This document shows positions 63,163-64,000 of a stretch of 64,000 bases of DNA, piece after piece. Source of the stretch: Octopus bimaculoides (taxonomy: Eukaryota); contig NC_068986.1 of assembly GCF_001194135.2 (NCBI RefSeq), positions 84,695,581 to 84,759,580 on the forward strand, given 5' to 3'. The translations under genes were made by a program, and so were the position numbers. Every line of letters starts with the position of its first letter. Position 1 is the first letter of the stretch. The notes beneath the pieces are model-generated. The model searched no databases and had not been told where the DNA came from. It was given only the letters and a program-made list of their open reading frames with translations.

Positions 63163-63364
63163 AAATGTTGTTATTCGCGGCGGTTACGGAGCTGGCTTTC
63201 ATATGGTGTTCACCAGAGACACAACTACTTCTTCGATTATCGAAGATGGCTTCAGTACGATGATAAACCATTTAATGACTGTTGTATGCAAAACAATATG
63301 TGTTACCTTTACAGATGGAGAAGGCCTAGAAACTACTGTTGGGGTTACAGGAGTCCTTTCAGAG
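63163..63364 (+). CDS. MUC4-like mucin exon 8 (AMOP C-terminal half); the gene continues beyond the window
   Basis: Frame not in the ORF track: KCCYSRRLRSWLSYGVHQRHNYFFDYRRWLQYDDKPFNDCCMQNNMCYLYRWRRPRNYCWGYRSPFR. TTAAG acceptor, GTAAGT donor, phase 0/1. Confidence 0.9.
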
Positions 63365-64000
63365 GTAAGTTATTCTATATTCTTTTGCTCTTATAAAGAA
63401 AATATCAGCATTCTTCATTTCTAAATATCAAAATTAAGATGTTTACAAACTGAGTATCTTGGAATGCGGTAGAAATTCATTACAATCCTACTTTGCAGTT
63501 TCAGGTATTTTTAGAAAATTATAAATATTTCATTAATTAAAGGCTGATTCATCAGTGACGACTAAAATAAACTGGTTACAATTATGCATACCACTTTCGT
63601 GTACACCTAGATATGGTTACATCTTCTGTGATAAACTGTCTCGGAAAAGAAATTATGCATACAGACTCTGTGTGTGAACTACCTGGACTACGAGAAATGT
63701 TTCTGCAGATTCGCGCATCAACGACTCAGGATGAAATTTATGTGTCTTTCATTTAAAATTACCATTGTTCTACACAAAGAACAGAAAATAAATTTGGTAG
63801 CATGTACCAAACTTTGGCAAGCTAGAATTAATTAGTCAAAGGTACAGTAAGCAGTTAAAATTAAAATAAAGATGATGCATGACAAAACTGCTGACACAGT
63901 GACTGACCATGTAAGCGCAAAAATGATTTGCCTATCTGTGGTACATTTTTACAAGTCATATAAATGTTTTATTGTTTAATATTGTGTTGTTTACTTCTTA

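Noticed and set aside
63146-63424. ORF-track protein MLSLLRNVVIRGG...
   Set aside because: Wrong frame. The spliced Cys-rich AMOP frame (KCCYS...) matches the splice phases and the domain pattern.

Overview
Eukaryotic, repeat-dense, draft-quality DNA with nine N gaps and many microsatellites. The SINE families point to an octopus (coleoid cephalopod) genome; this is my recollection of those repeats, not a database result. Positions 1-3.4 kb hold a rearranged, degraded 28S rDNA copy: two 28S blocks separated by an unidentified ~1.15 kb sequence, then a GC-rich spacer ending in a 28S-derived half-site that stops at the canonical R2 insertion point. Positions 3.4-39 kb are intergenic and full of decayed mobile DNA: three tRNA-derived SINE families, Penelope-like, R4/Dong-like and L1/Tx1-like retroelement pieces, mariner, Chapaev3- and hAT-like DNA transposon remnants, and two adjacent ~950 bp foldback structures. 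From 39.5 kb to the window end, a + strand MUC4-type mucin gene can be assembled from 8 phase-consistent coding exons (signal peptide, acidic Thr/Ser repeats, NIDO, AMOP) and continues beyond the window. Its introns carry a deleted R4/Dong-like LINE, RTE pieces, and a TSD-flanked, 5'-inverted RTE insertion containing a damaged HDV-like ribozyme. No CRISPR or prokaryotic system is present. Most ORFs in the supplied track are artefacts of gaps and microsatellites.
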